Shown: positions 63,837 to 64,000 of the stretch, piece by piece | Position numbering within the stretch: the first letter of the stretch is position 1 | Layout: every line of letters starts with the position of its first letter | Origin: Hyalangium versicolor | Lineage (GTDB): Bacteria > Myxococcota > Myxococcia > Myxococcales > Myxococcaceae | NCBI RefSeq assembly: GCF_020103695.1 | Contig: NZ_JAHXBF010000014.1 | Span: 236,297 to 300,296, forward strand | Length of the DNA: 64,000 nt | Direction: 5' to 3' | Program-made: the position numbers and the translations under genes | Notes under the pieces: model-generated | The model's input: only the letters and a program-made list of their open reading frames with translations | Told to the model about the DNA's origin: nothing | The model's database searches: none

Positions 63837-64000
63837 TCACCACGCCACGGGGGCAATGCAATAGTAAAAGGTGGAGTCCCGGCAGCAGTTGTCCACGCAC
63901 TGTCCACCGGCCCTCGAGCACCAATCGTCATAGACGCAGCCCTGATAGGGATCACAGCCGTAGGACTGCTGGCAGGGATCGTAGGGGCAAACGAGGTTCT
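63837..64000 (-). CDS. partial CDS (3' end only; start beyond the window) encoding a Cys-rich secreted-type peptide tail
   Basis: Hand translation of the minus strand gives ...NLVCPYDPCQQSYGCDPYQGCVYDDWCSRAGGQCVDNCCRDSTFYYCIAPVAW* with stop at 63837-63839. It has 9 Cys in 53 aa and G/C-rich third positions consistent with genuine coding. The track omits it because no start codon lies within the window. Confidence 0.4.
   Translation of the reverse strand, partial: NLVCPYDPCQQSYGCDPYQGCVYDDWCSRAGGQCVDNCCRDSTFYYCIAPVAW

Overview
This 64-kb window is high-GC (about 68-70%) and reads as a Myxococcales (Myxococcus/Corallococcus-like) chromosomal segment. It is densely coded on both strands, with no rRNA, tRNA, CRISPR arrays, transposases or IS elements visible. 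Housekeeping genes present are msrB, glutamate synthase gltB/gltD, carB, a class-I aminotransferase, coaD, rsmD, typA/bipA, amt, an AlaX-type tRNA-editing protein, a membrane dipeptidase and a CDF metal exporter. Between them sit accessory loci. (1) A contiguous eight-gene minus-strand operon at 49070-61338 encodes two OM beta-barrels, TPR proteins including a 1219-aa one, a small secreted protein, an FHA/TonB-C protein and a small beta-barrel; order and sizes match the Myxococcus nfsA-H/glt envelope machinery. (2) A tightly linked three-gene minus-strand operon at 11371-15887 encodes a KAP/STAND-like P-loop NTPase, an 870-aa protein with an unknown N-terminal domain and about 8 near-identical 42-aa TPR units built from 126-bp tandem DNA repeats of atypically low GC, and a YfbR-like HD phosphohydrolase. 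This NTPase, repeat sensor and HD effector arrangement is my best candidate for an undescribed conflict or defence-type system. (3) A modification-enzyme cluster at 1962-6864 pairs a 2OG aspartyl-beta-hydroxylase-family enzyme carrying a C-terminal Nif11-like domain with a translationally coupled sulfotransferase, a GT-B glycosyltransferase with a coiled-coil tail and an MBL-fold hydrolase. (4) A lipoprotein at 47377-48678 fuses a CxxCH c-type heme motif to a PHM/DBH-like copper monooxygenase domain. (5) A secreted Hint-domain protein lies next to a partial Cys-rich ORF at the window edge. (6) Three Uma2-family endonuclease paralogs are present, two of them in tandem. Many long antisense ORFs in the track are high-GC artefacts and were rejected.
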